A stretch of 64,000 nucleotides of DNA from positions 64,852,001-64,916,000 of the forward strand of contig OX597819.1 in assembly GCA_951406725.2 (NCBI GenBank). Reading direction: 5' to 3'. Each line of letters begins with the position of its first letter. Position 1 is the first letter of the stretch. The notes under the pieces were generated by a model that saw only the letters and a list, made by a program, of their open reading frames with translations, was not told the origin of the DNA and made no database searches. Below are positions 11,853 to 25,957 of this stretch, piece by piece. Origin of the DNA: Octopus vulgaris (taxonomy: Eukaryota). The position numbers were made by a program, and so were the translations under genes.

Positions 11853-13154
11853 TATTAATAAATATAACAGTTAAGCACCTAAATATAAATTGTAAAAATA
11901 CTCCGAGTTATGTCATCCTCTCACTTTTCCGAAAGGCTTTCCGCAAGGAACATAAAATACATACGAAATCTAATTCCTATATCATTTATAGAAATATCAA
12001 ACTTAGTAGTATTAAAGTAACATATCAGTGTAAATACTTATAAAATAACACTTATTATTGAAAAATAAAAAATATGAACACCTTCACTATTTGTTAAGAG
12101 ATTATAATGACTCAGATGAGAGAAACTATTAATTTCCTTGCAAAAAAGGCTGAAAATTTTCACGGTTATCAGGGCTGAATCAACCGAAAAGCAATGATGC
12201 TATAATTCATGATGTTCTATCTTTAGTAACATACACTGATTGCTGTTATATAGGTTGTTATCACTTTGCATATTTTGTACAATTTCATCTTCATTAGATT
12301 GCATGAATTGTTACCTTTCACGGGGAAGGCTTTTCTATTACTATCACTTTATACTTCCCTTATTTGGTGACCAGTACTTGTCGTTGAAATATTTTCTACT
12401 CTTTTGCTGTTTCGTAATTCTCACGAATATATCTTCGTCAGTTAGAGTATATATCGGAAACACAACAACCGTCATCAAATACGCTACATCGTATAGCGAT
12501 GTGTAATTAAGAATGCTTATCTCTTTATAACACAAGAGCTTAATAAATACTTGGGATATGGATACGGATAACATTCAACGACCAGTAATTATCTTCAGAT
12601 CCAGTGAATATAACGTGTAGAAAGAATTGAAATTTCAGTATCTAATATAATATCTAATATTTGAAATGATTTTTGAAAGAAATGCCGGAAACATAACGAA
12701 ATTATTTTCCGCAAATATAACATGATTATGCAAGTGTAATCTAAGTGCAGTATCAATTAAGTAAATTAGAATATCAAAAATCCTTTTGATGATTAATACA
12801 CACTACCTACGCAGAGAAATGCATAAAAATACACACCATTGCACGAAGACATTACGATTTGTTATTCATTATTACACGTACACACGTATCCCCACCAAAG
12901 ACATTTATAGATTTTGTGAATGTTTAGAGGCAGCAATAATCAGATTTTGTGAATGTTTAGAGGCAGCATCGATAGAATTGATTAATGCTAATCTTCCGGT
13001 TCTTTACGTCCGTATGCCCAAATCGCATTCCATGCTGCCGAAGCGAATAAAATGCAGTGCCTGTTAAGCAATGAGGTCGAAGATATCGACTAAAATGTGT
13101 CCCCTTAATTCGTCTAGCCTTCATCATTTTGCAGCAAGGTGGCAAGACTCGCAA

Positions 13155-13213
13155 TGCGTCGGAAAAATGTTTGCGGTATTTTTTACAAATACCACAAATA
13201 TTTTTCCGACGCA
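13155..13213. repeat. 59-nt near-perfect hairpin
   Basis: 27-bp arms TGCGTCGGAAAAATGTTTGCGGTATTT / AAATACCACAAATATTTTTCCGACGCA, 2 substitutions, 5-nt loop. Confidence 0.9.
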
Positions 13214-13519
13214 AAACGTTATTATTAACATTATTATTATCAACCGTACGAAGTTATTATTATTATTAGGAGTAGTATTAATTTGTTGCTTACTAGTATG
13301 AGCTTTGTGTCTGTTTCATTTATGTCTTGTATAAAACCACAATATAGAATTTCAGGTGAAGTAAATATTTTATGATCGGGTTACAGTTATTTCAGCACTT
13401 TGCAACTGTTCTTATTTTGTATTTAGGATATAGGGCTAATTTTGTCTAAAAGAACAGTAAAGATATTTTCTCCTTTTCAACTATTACTAAATTAAAATCA
13501 AGTTTTCAGAGAATTTCTT

Positions 13520-13810
13520 CAGGCATGGGTGTGTCATAAAAAATCTCGTTTTGCAACCATGTGGCTTCGTGCAAATTCTTATGGAGCGGCACTTCGGGCA
13601 AAGCAAATTTCTGGTGAGCGAATTTGCTAAACACAAAAGAGGCAGAAGCCATTTATATATGAGCGGATATCTGTGTGTGTGTGTTTGTGTTTGTGTGTAT
13701 CTGTGTGAGTGTGTATGTGAGAGAGAGAGTGTGAGTACGCTCGCACGTATATGTGGTGTATGTGCCCTTTGTGTTGCTCAACGTAACAGATCGGCGAAAG
13801 AGAAAAATCG
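13520..13810 (+). mobile_element. Old degraded SINE family A copy
   Basis: Recognisable GGCATGGGTGTGT head, CAACCATGTGG, CTTCGGGCAA, internal (TG)n, TCGGCGAAAGAGA. Confidence 0.5.
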
Positions 13811-14309
13811 TGTGTGAAGTACGGCATATTTGCTTATGTTGAAGGGTAAGATAAATATACACGTAACAACACATGCCACCACCATAACAACGCTAGATTT
13901 AACATTATTAAGTATCTAGAACAGAAAGGAAAATATGAAGACGATCTGTAGAACAGGAGAAAATATGTATGTGTGAACCGAGTGGTGGAACATCAGTGCT
14001 GACATTTAATGGATTGATTTCCAATTTAAATACATGTCATTATGTTATATGAAGTACCTCTATATTTACTATCACCAGCACTAATTTTATTATACTAACA
14101 GTTGCAAGTGTTATGTTGTATTTATATGAATATAGCTAAGTAGATATGAGCGTAAGAATTTATCTATGCATGGATACATGTATATACATATATACATACA
14201 AATAAGTATGTATACTTATATGTTTATGCTTCTATGTATACATATATATGTATATGTATGTTCATATTGGTGGGTAGGTTGATAAACAAAGACATTGATA
14301 TGTATGTAA

Positions 14310-14530
<221 letters not shown>

Positions 14531-14743
14531 CACACAAGTATACACATTGTGAATCTATAATCACATTAACGCATGAATGGAAATATTCGAAGTTTTGAAC
14601 GCAAAAATAATTTATTGCAAGGAGAGATGATTATTTATGAAATTCAAGTCAAGTCATAAAATTTACAAAGTAGTAATAATTCCTAAAAGAATACACACAC
14701 AGTAACACGTTCATAAACACACAGGGTAACAATCAAACAAATA

Positions 14744-14781
<38 letters not shown>

Positions 14782-15111
14782 CTGTATGTCTCTATTGATT
14801 AATTTCAATTGTGAGTAGAAGATGACATACAACAGCTTCATATTGAAATAGAGTAGAAAAAGAAATTGCATTGTAATATGTTTTTAACTATATATAATTC
14901 CTATTATTTGCCCTCGTATATCTATATCTATATCTATATAGATCAGGTATGTATATATGTATGTGTGTATGTTTAACAAAAGCCTATATTAAATTTATAT
15001 CTACATGGTAGAAATGAGACTTTCAAACTAGTTCACATTCTTGTAATTCTTTCAGTATTTATATGAGCACTTGTAAAATCCGCAAACAATTTTAAATGCA
15101 CAAAGCCATAC

Positions 15112-15173
<62 letters not shown>

Positions 15174-15417
15174 TTGTGTGTGTGTGTGTGTGTGTGTGTG
15201 TATACAAGGTAAAACTCTTGTTCTAATGTGTCATTATGACACGATCGCAGTGGTTGTACTAGCAAGTAATGTTTGTAGCCACCTCAGCATGCCTGTTCTG
15301 TTCCAAGGGAATATACAGCGATATTTTAACCAGAAAAGGACAACTCCTCCAGCTGGTTAATGATGCACAACTGCATCCGATATACTGCAGTCACGGGAAT
15401 GAACTCCTACAACAGAG

Positions 15418-15471
15418 CCAGCATACCAGTCAGGTTCCGGCCTATTTCTGTCTCTCTCTCTTCAGTACTGG
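15418..15471 (-). ncRNA. Degenerate type I hammerhead motif in a short insert between TA/TG repeats
   Basis: CCAGUA CUGAAGA [decayed helix II] GGAA CC-UGACU-GG UA UGCUGG: 6-bp helix I and GUA triplet; GAAA box mutated. Confidence 0.4.
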
Positions 15472-15554
15472 ACACCTCGTCGGCAAATGATAGCGGTAGC
15501 ACTCCTCTACTCGCTGATTTTACAAGAAGCTAAAATGCTCGAACAGAACAGAAT

Positions 15555-15637
<83 letters not shown>

Positions 15638-15939
15638 CATACACACACACATATATAGAAATAAATAGATAGATAGGTAGATATGTATATCTGTGCGTGT
15701 TACTCTGTAAGCGAGTGTAATGAGTTTATGCGTGTGTGTAGTAATATACTTATGCAAGTTTATATTTACACATATATAGATATAGAGGAATACACACCAA
15801 CACACAGATATACTCTCATGCACACACGCACACGTGCACACATACATTACTATGTGTTTCTTTGCGTGCATCTAATGAATATATATATTTTCATTAGTGT
15901 AAAAAATTTATATTAAATATTATGGACGAATGGAAAGGA

Positions 15940-16007
15940 GAGATGGATTATTTACATTATTTCCATTGGACGGATATGTGTCCTTATCTTCTTTTCTGTT
16001 ACTACAA
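15940..16007 (-). mobile_element. Degraded fragment of the 34.3-kb hammerhead element family
   Basis: TACATTATTTCCATTGGACGGATATGTGTCCTTATCTT resembles 34291-34328. Confidence 0.55.
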
Positions 16008-16686
16008 TTCTTCATACGTATATTATAGGATATCTGAGTCATCGTCGCTGAAGAGAGTAGAGACAAACAGCTTTGAGCCGATCTCAGTAATTAAGGCATT
16101 GAACCTAAGTTATATTACTGGCGAAACAGGATGAGTTTGGAGATCAATACCGTTATTAATAATCTAATCCGCTCAGAACATATGTTTTCGATCGTGTTGC
16201 ACATTTTAAGAGAATCGCCAACAGGCTACAGCTATATCTTCCGGTCTTCGTCTCGTAACTGCTACATCATATCGTCCAAAACATGTTTCGCGTTTACGAA
16301 CCGAATGTTAAGTTGAAGACAAGATAAAAAGATGGAGAACGCAAATCTCTAACAATCTTAGAAGAACATCCATGCGACAAGCGAAGACGATTTCATTAGC
16401 ATTAACCTAGGTGACATTCAAAGTATTAACCTCCAGTGTGATAGGACATGTCATGAAGAGATTAGATTATTGCATTTGTTGAAAGTACTGCTACAACAGA
16501 ACCCTGAAGTAATACTTCAGAATTATATTTCTATATCCCAATATTGGGGTATATATAAGCGTTTTGAAACAACCACCACCCACCATTTCCCCCCTAATTT
16601 ATGTTTTCAAATTTAGACACGCATTCAAGATCCTCCTTGACTAATTCCATGGAAAGAATGGGTAGTAACAACAGATTGCGATATTT

Positions 16687-16736
16687 TGCAATGCGCATAA
16701 TCAGTTGTTGAGATACAACTGATCATGCGCATTGCA
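16687..16736. repeat. 50-nt hairpin
   Basis: 22-bp arms TGCAATGCGCATAATCAGTTGT / ACAACTGATCATGCGCATTGCA, 1 mismatch, loop TGAGAT. Confidence 0.9.
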
Positions 16737-18289
16737 TATCATCTGTATTGCCATATCATCTGTATACAACTGTTTGATTTTAAACATCAGTTTAAAATGT
16801 AGAGCAATCTTCAGCTGCTCAAAGACTTAGAATTTAATTAAATTAGGACACATTAGTATAATTTTACCCCACATCTCCAAGAGGATAAGGAGATTAGAAG
16901 ATAGACAGGTATATATATATAATATGTTTTTCAAACAGTGCACGTCCATAAATGATTTTCTGGGACTAATATTATACGGCAGTAAACTCGATTTTCAACG
17001 ATGTATTTCCGTATGATAGCAACGACGCACGTCTTTTCTCCGCGTTCCCGCGCTCCTTACTATGTACTTAACTGTGCACGGCAGCGACTAAGGCTCTGCC
17101 AATCCGGCTTCATACATTCCATCACTTTGTGCGTTTAGTATGTAATATGTAAATGTATGTCTTGGCGTAGTGATACCTTTTTCTTTTCTGGCGTTGATGA
17201 GAGACACAAAAGAGATTATAAATTGAAACTATAGATTCTCTAACCAGATTATTAGTTTACAATTGTTACTAAGTGGTAAACATGAAAATTTTCAGGCAAC
17301 GAAAGATATCACGTAAAATGTGTGCTACTAATTCTGTATTTAAGTAAGCCAAAGTCTCTTTCATCATTGCAAGGCCAAATATGCACTTTAGTTATTTGTT
17401 ATATATTTTGTTTTAGCAAGACTTGCAGAACCTTGCCTGTTGTTTTTTTTTTATTTTCTTTATATAAATATAGAACATTCAATTAAAATGATATGGTTCA
17501 GCTAGACACAAACAAATCACATGCGCACACGCATTTATACTTAATCCCACACGCAAACACACAAAGACACCCACACACGCATATTACAACTATACACACA
17601 CACACATATTATATATGCAAGCATACAGAGTGTTCTGTAGGTATGTTTATGCGTGTGTGTCAAACGAATCGTATCATTGATTTCCCTATTTGTATATTAA
17701 TAAAACAATTAACGGGTAAGAGAGTAGTAACACGATATATGATGGTCTCGACCCAACAGATCGAATTGATTTTATTGAGCATGATATCGAGTTAACTCTG
17801 TGCCGAACAAAGCGAGAAAAATGCTGAATATACATCAGCAGAACATATTATGATGTACATAATTGCACACGCAGATACGCACAGAAATCTTTATATATTA
17901 TATTATAATATATTATATCATATTATATTATATTAAGTACTCCATGAAACTTATATTGTTAAAGGTAGTATGATTACAAAAACCAACGGAATATATGTCT
18001 AACTTCTTATCGTATAGGAATTATTGATATATATATATACTAACCGTAGAATAACATAAATTGTAAACCTGTGAGAAAACAGGAGAATTCCCTTACTAAT
18101 TACCAGTATATTATATTTTATGTTATATATATATATATATATATATATAATACCGTCTACGACTTGCAGGTGCTATGTAGAAGTCGTCGTCCCCAAAGCG
18201 CTAAAAGCCGCGAAGTAGCGGACAAGCGAAACGTCTACATTGATAACGTGAGGTTGATAATGTAAACAACACTTGTGCCTGCTTTTAAT

Positions 18290-18640
18290 TATTCGTGATG
18301 GAATATAATGTTACGTCGATGTGGCTTAGAATCAAATTGTTCATATGCTATTTCTGTACAGACATAGATTGGCGATACGATTCCTCCTGGACTGATTTTG
18401 GTACATGATGTTGATAAACCCCAAAAAGGCAAAATATCGATATCCATCGCTCTTGGAAGGGATAAGCGGCGAGGCACCAACGCTATGTGCGACGGATAGT
18501 GTGTAGAACACTAGAGCTGCTTTCAGTTCTTGATTGAATCTATAGATACATACATCCATATATACATAAATGCAAAGATACCCTGTTGCTGATGTTGAAA
18601 TTCCAATGAAGGAACATTGGATCTAGGTTTTCTTTCTTTA
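18290..18640 (-). pseudogene. Possible GPCR relic (TM1-TM3)
   Basis: FIGIS, SNRVSLHLCIY, VCIYRF..LVFYTLSVA..LIP, CTKI, EIAYEQF across frameshifts. Confidence 0.35.
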
Positions 18641-18677
18641 TTGGCAAGACATTTTGAAATAAACTGAATAATGGCAT

Positions 18678-18709
<32 letters not shown>

Positions 18710-19348
18710 GTACGCACACACACACACACACACATATATATTCACACGTGTTCGTGTGTGTGTGTATATGTGTAGTATATTATTTAGGAATTCTATTTAT
18801 ATTCATAAAACTATTTGAAACAATTGAATTAATTACTTTTTCGTGAAGGTTTGACGTACGCCAATCTTCAGCATACCTGATATTATTTCAATTCAGTAGT
18901 TCCATACGAAATATATGGTTATTACGTAACCATCTTGCTAACGTTATGCTTCTTTTTTCTTTTCTTCTTAGTGAAACAATTTTGAAATATAGATAAATTT
19001 CAAACACACATTTTCATATAAAACTAATAAAATGTAACCACTGTCTCCATCTCCTTCCGCTAACATATTAACACTCACCCACACTCATGTAACTATATTG
19101 TGTGCAGGCGGCTTTGTGCGTTTACGTGTCTTGTTATGTGGCCATATCTACAAATAAATGCACATAGTACAGTTATATATATGTATAATATGCTGTACTC
19201 TCATATATACAAATATAATCTACCTTACTTTCATTATTTTTACTTAATAATGTAAATATTGCGTTTATATTTATTCTCTTAACCACTATATCTTTCTTTT
19301 TCTTCAACAGAGACACAAAACAAATCTACTCCCTATGTTGCCACATAT

Positions 19349-19812
19349 AAGGCGGTGAGCTGGAGGAAACTTTAGCCCGCTGGGCGAAATGCTTAGCGGT
19401 ATTTCATCTGACGGGCCTTGTGCCAAGAGCAGACATGAATATAATAAAGCGGCGAGCAGGAAAAAACGTTAGAACGCCGGGCAAAATGCTTAGCGGTATT
19501 TCGTATGATGTCACGTTGTGAGTTTGAATTCCGCCGAGGTCGACTTCGCCTTTCATCCTGTCGAGGTCGATAAATTAAGCACGACTTGCGTACTGTAGTC
19601 GATTTAATCGATTGGCACATCTCTCCAGAAATTGTGGGCCTTGTGCCTGGAGCAGAAAAGAAGATAATAAAGTAGCGAGCAGGCGAAACGTTAGCACACC
19701 GGGCAAAATGCTTAGCCGTATTTCGTCTTTTTTCATGTTCTGTGTTCAAATTCCGCCGAGGTCGACTTTGCCTTTCATGCTTTCGGGCTTCGGGGTCGAT
19801 AAATTAAGTGAC
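19349..19812 (+). mobile_element. Cluster of three SINE family B heads/copies
   Basis: Three GGCG..GAGC..G..AAAC.TTAG..CGCCGGGCAAAATGCTTAGC-type heads, two with core. Confidence 0.8.
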
Positions 19813-19995
19813 AGTTTCGAATCATGTGGCTAAGTGTTTGACGTGTCACCATAAATTCTTAGGCACGCGTGAGAGGTTCGCTTACGATCGTGGAAAGTAT
19901 GACTCCTTTCCCTCGATACAGGTTCGAGCGTACAAAGAAGTCAATATTTACATATTCTCAAATCGTAAACTTTAGCTGTGGGAATTGCGTATATT

Positions 19996-20412
19996 ACTCT
20001 TTTTCTTTTACTCTCTTTTATTTGTTTCAGTCATTTGACTGTGGCCATGCTGGAGCAACGCCTTTAGTCAAGCAGATCGACCCCAGGACTTATTCTTTGG
20101 AAGCCTAGTACTTATTTTATCGGTCTCTTTTGCCGAACCGCTAAGTTACGGGGACATAAACACACCAGCATCGGTTGTCAAGCGATGTTGGGGTGACAAA
20201 CGCAGACACACAAACACATACATACATACATATATATATACATATATACAACGGGCTTCCTTCAGTTTCCGTCTACCAAATCCACTAACAAGGCTTTGGT
20301 CTGCCCGAGGCTATAGTAGAAGACACTTGCCCAAGTTGCCACGCAGTGGAACTGAACCCGGGACCATTTGGTTGGTAAGCAAGCTACTTACCACACAGCC
20401 ACTCCTACTCCT
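19996..20412 (-). mobile_element. SINE family A, full length
   Basis: Reverse complement of the 9074-9514 family. Confidence 0.9.
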
Positions 20413-22579
20413 GCAATTTTGAAAGAAACTTCCAAGAAAACAAGCCGCAAGATATTTCCATTTTTCGTTTGCCACTAAATATCATCTGGCCAATTATAAA
20501 GTTCTGAATATACTAGGATTTAATCGCCCTATAGGAAGAAATCGAAAATATATCCAGAAAGAAAAACGGATAAAAACGACGAGAGAATACCATATACAGA
20601 AGTAGAATGTGGTTAGTGTTTACACTGGGAAGCATCAACAGTGAATCATCGACATTTCGGACAAATAGCTTCCGCAAACGAAACGGAAAGAGAAAATAAA
20701 AGTGGAGAACACCAGAGCACCAGAGCACCACGATGAAAATCCGAAACAAATTTAGTTTAATAAACGATAAATGTGAGTAGATCAGAGAATGGCCGAATCT
20801 GTAGACATTGCGGTTTGTTCACTTACTTTATTCATCAATGATAGTTTGCTGAGTTTATTGAGATAATTTGTAAAGATGTTGATGATAATTGCCGGGTAGA
20901 TTTAATATATAAGGGTATGTAACATACTGCGTTCTCTAGGTTCCGTATGAAAAAGCGAATTACGTTAATAAGATTATATGGAACGTCAAAGAAATTAACT
21001 GCAGAGAGATTATTTACAATGGTAATAGAAAGCCAATATCGCTTAAAGATATATGTTTAGGATTTACATAAATCTGTTTCTTGTTTCAATTTTCAAAAAA
21101 CTTACTGAGAGACATCTGTTGCTTCCGTAAAGTCAATATCATTTATTGAAAGATAAACGTTTCTGCAGAAAATCTAACTATCAAAATTCTGTATATTAGT
21201 TTAATTTGGAGATGGGGCATTTGTCCAGAATTATTTTGAGCATTACAAAACAGGCAATAAGGACGCAATTTAACGCTCCTTTTCAAACGTAGATGTAACA
21301 TGAAAATATGCTTACATTCTATAATTCAAATACATACATATATAAATTCTGCTATGCGCGTATATAAGCGTCAGTTTTACATGCATATAATTGCGCATGT
21401 ATGAATGTTTTAGCGTCAGTGGTTGACGTAATTTTTCTGATTATGTTACTAGTACTACTACCATAATCGTCGTCGTCATAGTCGCCAACATCATCATCAG
21501 CGTGTCGTCTTGTCTTTATGGTCGTTATTATTATTATTATCATTAATATTATTGTTGTTGTTGTTGTTGCTGTTGTTGTTGTTGTTTTTATTTTCGGACT
21601 GAAAATTCTCATAGAGTTCAGAAGTGAATAGTATTAAATTTACATCTAATATAGGATAAAAGTTTCGAAAAAAAAATTTTTTTAATACCTTTAAAGGTTA
21701 AATTTATAAACAACTTATAAACAAGGGTGAAAGAAAAAATGTCAATGCCGTGGGTACAAGTAAGTATTTCATTTATTTTCTTATCGTATTTATCGCTGAT
21801 GATGAGAACATTCTAAATGAATTAATTAAGAAATTAGTACCGATCCGATAATAACGTATTTTTAAAGAAATTTCTATCGGCTTGCTTTCGAGACGCGTGC
21901 TTATAGTGATAAATTATATGGTTATTGACGATTAAGTCTATTTCAGCATATTTGGCATTTAAATCTTTTTCTTTTGCCCTTGTTTATATATATATATATA
22001 GTAGAAATATGTTACAAAAAGAATATATAAAATATATAAAATATAAAATACACGTGGAAATGTAAGGGTAAAATATGAAAAATCAACAAAAATCCAGTGT
22101 AAATTTTAAAAAAAGCCTTTTTATGACCGGTAACGACAAATATATACATTTAGATGGGCTGAGGTAGTAATAAAAGTCATAAAAGTCATTATTATGAGAT
22201 GATTATAAGATGATAATAAAGTCAGAAAAGAAAGCGAACAATGATTTCCGCAAAGCTATTTATTCATCGCTTTGAAACCTAGGTATATCTACGCTTTCGG
22301 TGCGAATATTTTTTTTAATACGGCGCCGAATTTACAATGAGATAAATAATAATAATTGTACTTATACATGGCGATCACCGTGCAATGTCTATAGAAAACA
22401 ATCAAATAAAGGGGCAAATAAGCCCTCGACAGAAAAAGAAAGCTCACGCGGATAGGAAAGCCTTTTTGTGTTTCTGTATCTGAGGGCTTACATGCCTCTT
22501 TATTAGAATATTTTTCTTAGTCATTGGTGATCGGCATAAGCTTTACGTTTATATAAAAATACCATCCTTATTATTTATA

Positions 22580-22632
<53 letters not shown>

Positions 22633-22704
22633 GAGCGTTAACCTATCTATTCGTTGTCTACAGCACCTATATTCGTCTTTTGGTTTTTGTGAATACTCCC
22701 CTAT

Positions 22705-22950
22705 ACGTATATGTATTTATGCATGTCTATGTATATTTCTATGTATGTGTCCTTCTCTCGCTCTGCCAACAGGTTAACCGGTGTTGGTCTCTTTATATCC
22801 CCGTAACCATCGGTCCGGTAAAAGAGATCGATAGTATATGTCGCAGGCTTAAAATAATGTACCAGGGTCGATAAATCCGAATATAGTTTCTTAAAAAACT
22901 GTGCACCAACATGGCTGCAGTTTAATGACTGAAACTAGTAAAAGATCAAA
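22705..22950 (+). mobile_element. SINE family A, 3' part
   Basis: CCCCGTAAC, AAAAGAGATCGATAG, CATGGCTGCAG, ATGACTGAAAC. Confidence 0.7.
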
Positions 22951-22959
22951 GATAAAAAA

Positions 22960-23300
22960 GATAAGCTACATAACAAAGTCACGAACATTAGTATGAAATC
23001 CAATGTATATACAAACTTGTGAAATATTTTCTTTTCTGCAAAATCCTTGTCAATTTCTTCTTGTCGGTTATATTGATTTCCATCAAATGTTAATATGAAA
23101 ATAGTGATGGATGTTAAAAACGGACAGTGAAGAGGCAGCGTTTCATTTTTCATTGTTCGTTTTCGTTTTATTTTTGTCAGTAACTATTGAAATCTGAAAA
23201 TCTTTGCAGGAAGTTACTGATGTAACATTGAAATAATGGTGTAAAAGATAGTTTTCGGGAATTAAGAGCATATGTTCTTATTTTTATATCTTATCCAATA
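22960..23300 (-). pseudogene. Possible GPCR relic (TM2-TM5, internally deleted)
   Basis: [25 protein letters not shown], then hydrophobic FLTSITIFILTFDG and FVYTLDFILMFVTLL. Confidence 0.3.
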
Positions 23301-23362
23301 TATAACACCTTTTACTATCGTTAAATTAATCAGGAGTTTGGTGTTTTTATCGAATCGTGTGA

Positions 23363-23394
<32 letters not shown>

Positions 23395-23415
23395 TATATA
23401 TATTTGTGTGTGTGT

Positions 23416-23470
<55 letters not shown>

Positions 23471-23491
23471 ATATACATATATATATATATT

Positions 23492-23538
<47 letters not shown>

Positions 23539-23554
23539 TTTATATATATATATG

Positions 23555-23594
<40 letters not shown>

Positions 23595-24084
23595 ATGTAT
23601 ATGTATATATATATGGCAATTTGTATGAATATATTTCTGTGTGTATATGCATATATATATATATATATATATATACATATGTATATATGTATACGTACAC
23701 GCATACAAGTGTACGTGCAAACATACATACACGCACACATGCATACATATATGCATATATATATATATACACACACATGCAGATTGATCGTCTTTGTTGC
23801 TAGTTTCATAAACGCTTCTTTTTAATGCACTTGGTAGCTGTTGATATCTTTGTTACCGTTGTTCTTCTCGGTTGATACGGCATTTGTAATTTTTTCCTCA
23901 CTCAACTTTATCATGCGTGGTTGAAATGTGGTGTTTGTCATATGTGTGTATAATGTTTTTTTTTTTTGCATCGTTTAATTCTTCGTGTGTGTGTGTATAT
24001 GTATAGAAATAGTTTGATTAATTTTTACATTTGGTATTTATGTGAGCACCATCGACATCCTAATCACGACTATAATGATTAGAA

Positions 24085-24335
24085 GGTGATGAAGATGATG
24101 ATGACGACGACAAAGAATGACGTCATCATCATCATCATCGTCGTCGTTGTTGTCGTTGTCGTCGTCGTAGTCTTCATTATCATCATTATGTTCGTCGTCG
24201 TCGTCATCTTTATTATCATCATCAACATCATTTTCATCGTCATCGTCCTCCTCCTCATCATCATCATCGTCATCATCATCATCGTTGTGTTCACCGTCGT
24301 CGTCGTCATCATCATCACCATATCATCATCATCGT
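24085..24335. repeat. (GAT)/(CAT)/(CGT) compound microsatellite
   Basis: Directly visible. Confidence 0.9.
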
Positions 24336-25652
24336 CTTTTATTTTCGGTTTTCTTCGGCTTTTTATTTTCGCATCATTCTCATTACCTCTCTCAGTTTCA
24401 TGCAGATATCTCTGTAAAAGAATGTATGCGCGTATGTTTCCACTGGTATCGTCATTCCTCTGAAGTTGTTTAACTATCGAATAAATCCATAAAAAAATAC
24501 TATCGCTGCTATCAGAGACTTGTAGAGAATATCATGCGATAGATACGCACGTATACACACACAGTCAGGCATAGCCACACATAGAGACACACGCGCAAAC
24601 TGACAAACACACGTATATATATAAAATATATATACATACATATATCTATGTGTGTGTGTATTTGTGTGTGTGTGTGCTTGTGTGTGTGTATGTGTGTGTA
24701 TTTGTGTGTATATATACACAAACACACACGCATACATACATACGTACATATATACACACATGTTTATATACATACATGCACATACGCGGACACACGCTTT
24801 CACATACACACACACACACAAGTATATATAATCAAGAAGAACACAGAAGTTTTCACACCTCGTATCTTAGATATATATCTATTAAAAGCCATGAAAACAA
24901 ATTAAAGATGAAAGAATATATAAAAAGACACATGATCCATTCTGTACTATCACGTACGCAAAGAGTGGTGTGAAATTACGCATCTTCATAAAATGACTTT
25001 CTTGTGTTTTCTAAGATTTTTGTCTGTTTCTGTTTGTATTTTGTTCTATTTGCTCTCTGTTTAGCTCTAATGCGAAAATATTTCACAATGTAGAATTATT
25101 TATTTTATTTATAGCATGAGGAGTAAAATGGCGAACTTCTTCGTGTTTTGTTAGATCTCAAGTAATAAGCATTTGTTTAATTACATTTAATACATTTATG
25201 CCACTTATTTAATTGATGGTTATTTTAAATATTGCTAAAACTTACTCCAGGTAGCTAAAAATACTGCTGCAATGAATAACTTCAATTTTAATATATTTGA
25301 CTTGTATAAACGTAAAGTTGTTTTCTGTTTTCTTTTAGGAATAGGTGTCTTCTTTTGGGCCCTAGCTGCGAGTTAACCACGACGGAAGAGTAACGTGATG
25401 AAAAGAATTCAAGCGTTTGAGATGCCGTTCCTTTTCGTGTGGCTGTCATTCAACTACGGTAGTATTTCAATAATATTCTTAAGGCCGCAATTTACTCACA
25501 CGCAGCAAATTCAGATCTGTGTTGCTAATTCAATTCTTAACCAAATTGAAAACTGTTAATATTTTTGCAGAAGACAGCTCCCTCGCATAAAAATATTAGG
25601 ATTTGCTCCACTAGCAAAAAATAATTTTTTTACAGTGAACAAACTATTTTCA

Positions 25653-25957
25653 ATAATAAATCTCTGAACGAGGTATAGACCGTATCTGCACGACAATGTG
25701 AAGTATATTTGCCATCTAACTATGGTTAACCACTAAGGGTGGATGTTACTGTAGCTTGTAGCCCCAGGAGACCATATTCTCCAGCTGGCTATTAACACAC
25801 GTAGGTTGACGAGGGAAGGATGACCTCCCTTTGCAAATACCGATAGAGCACAGAAAGTGTGTCAATAGCTAGCTGGAGAAGATGTTCGCCTGGGGCTACA
25901 AGCTACAGTAACATCCACCCTTTGTGGTTAGCCATATTTAGATGGTAAATATACTTC
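25653..25957. mobile_element. Fold-back insertion with 14-bp target site duplication
   Basis: ~104-bp inverted arms 25697-25800 / 25857-25960; ACAAACTATTTTCA at 25639-25652 and 25958-25971; 44-bp unpaired extension on one side. Confidence 0.8.

Noticed and set aside
12344-12574. ORF with TM7-like FPIYTLTD segment
   Set aside because: Single motif without colinear upstream TM motifs; insufficient evidence
18190-18245. Hammerhead-like CCGC/GCGG stem followed by GAAACGTC
   Set aside because: No CUGANGA box and no adjacent helix I
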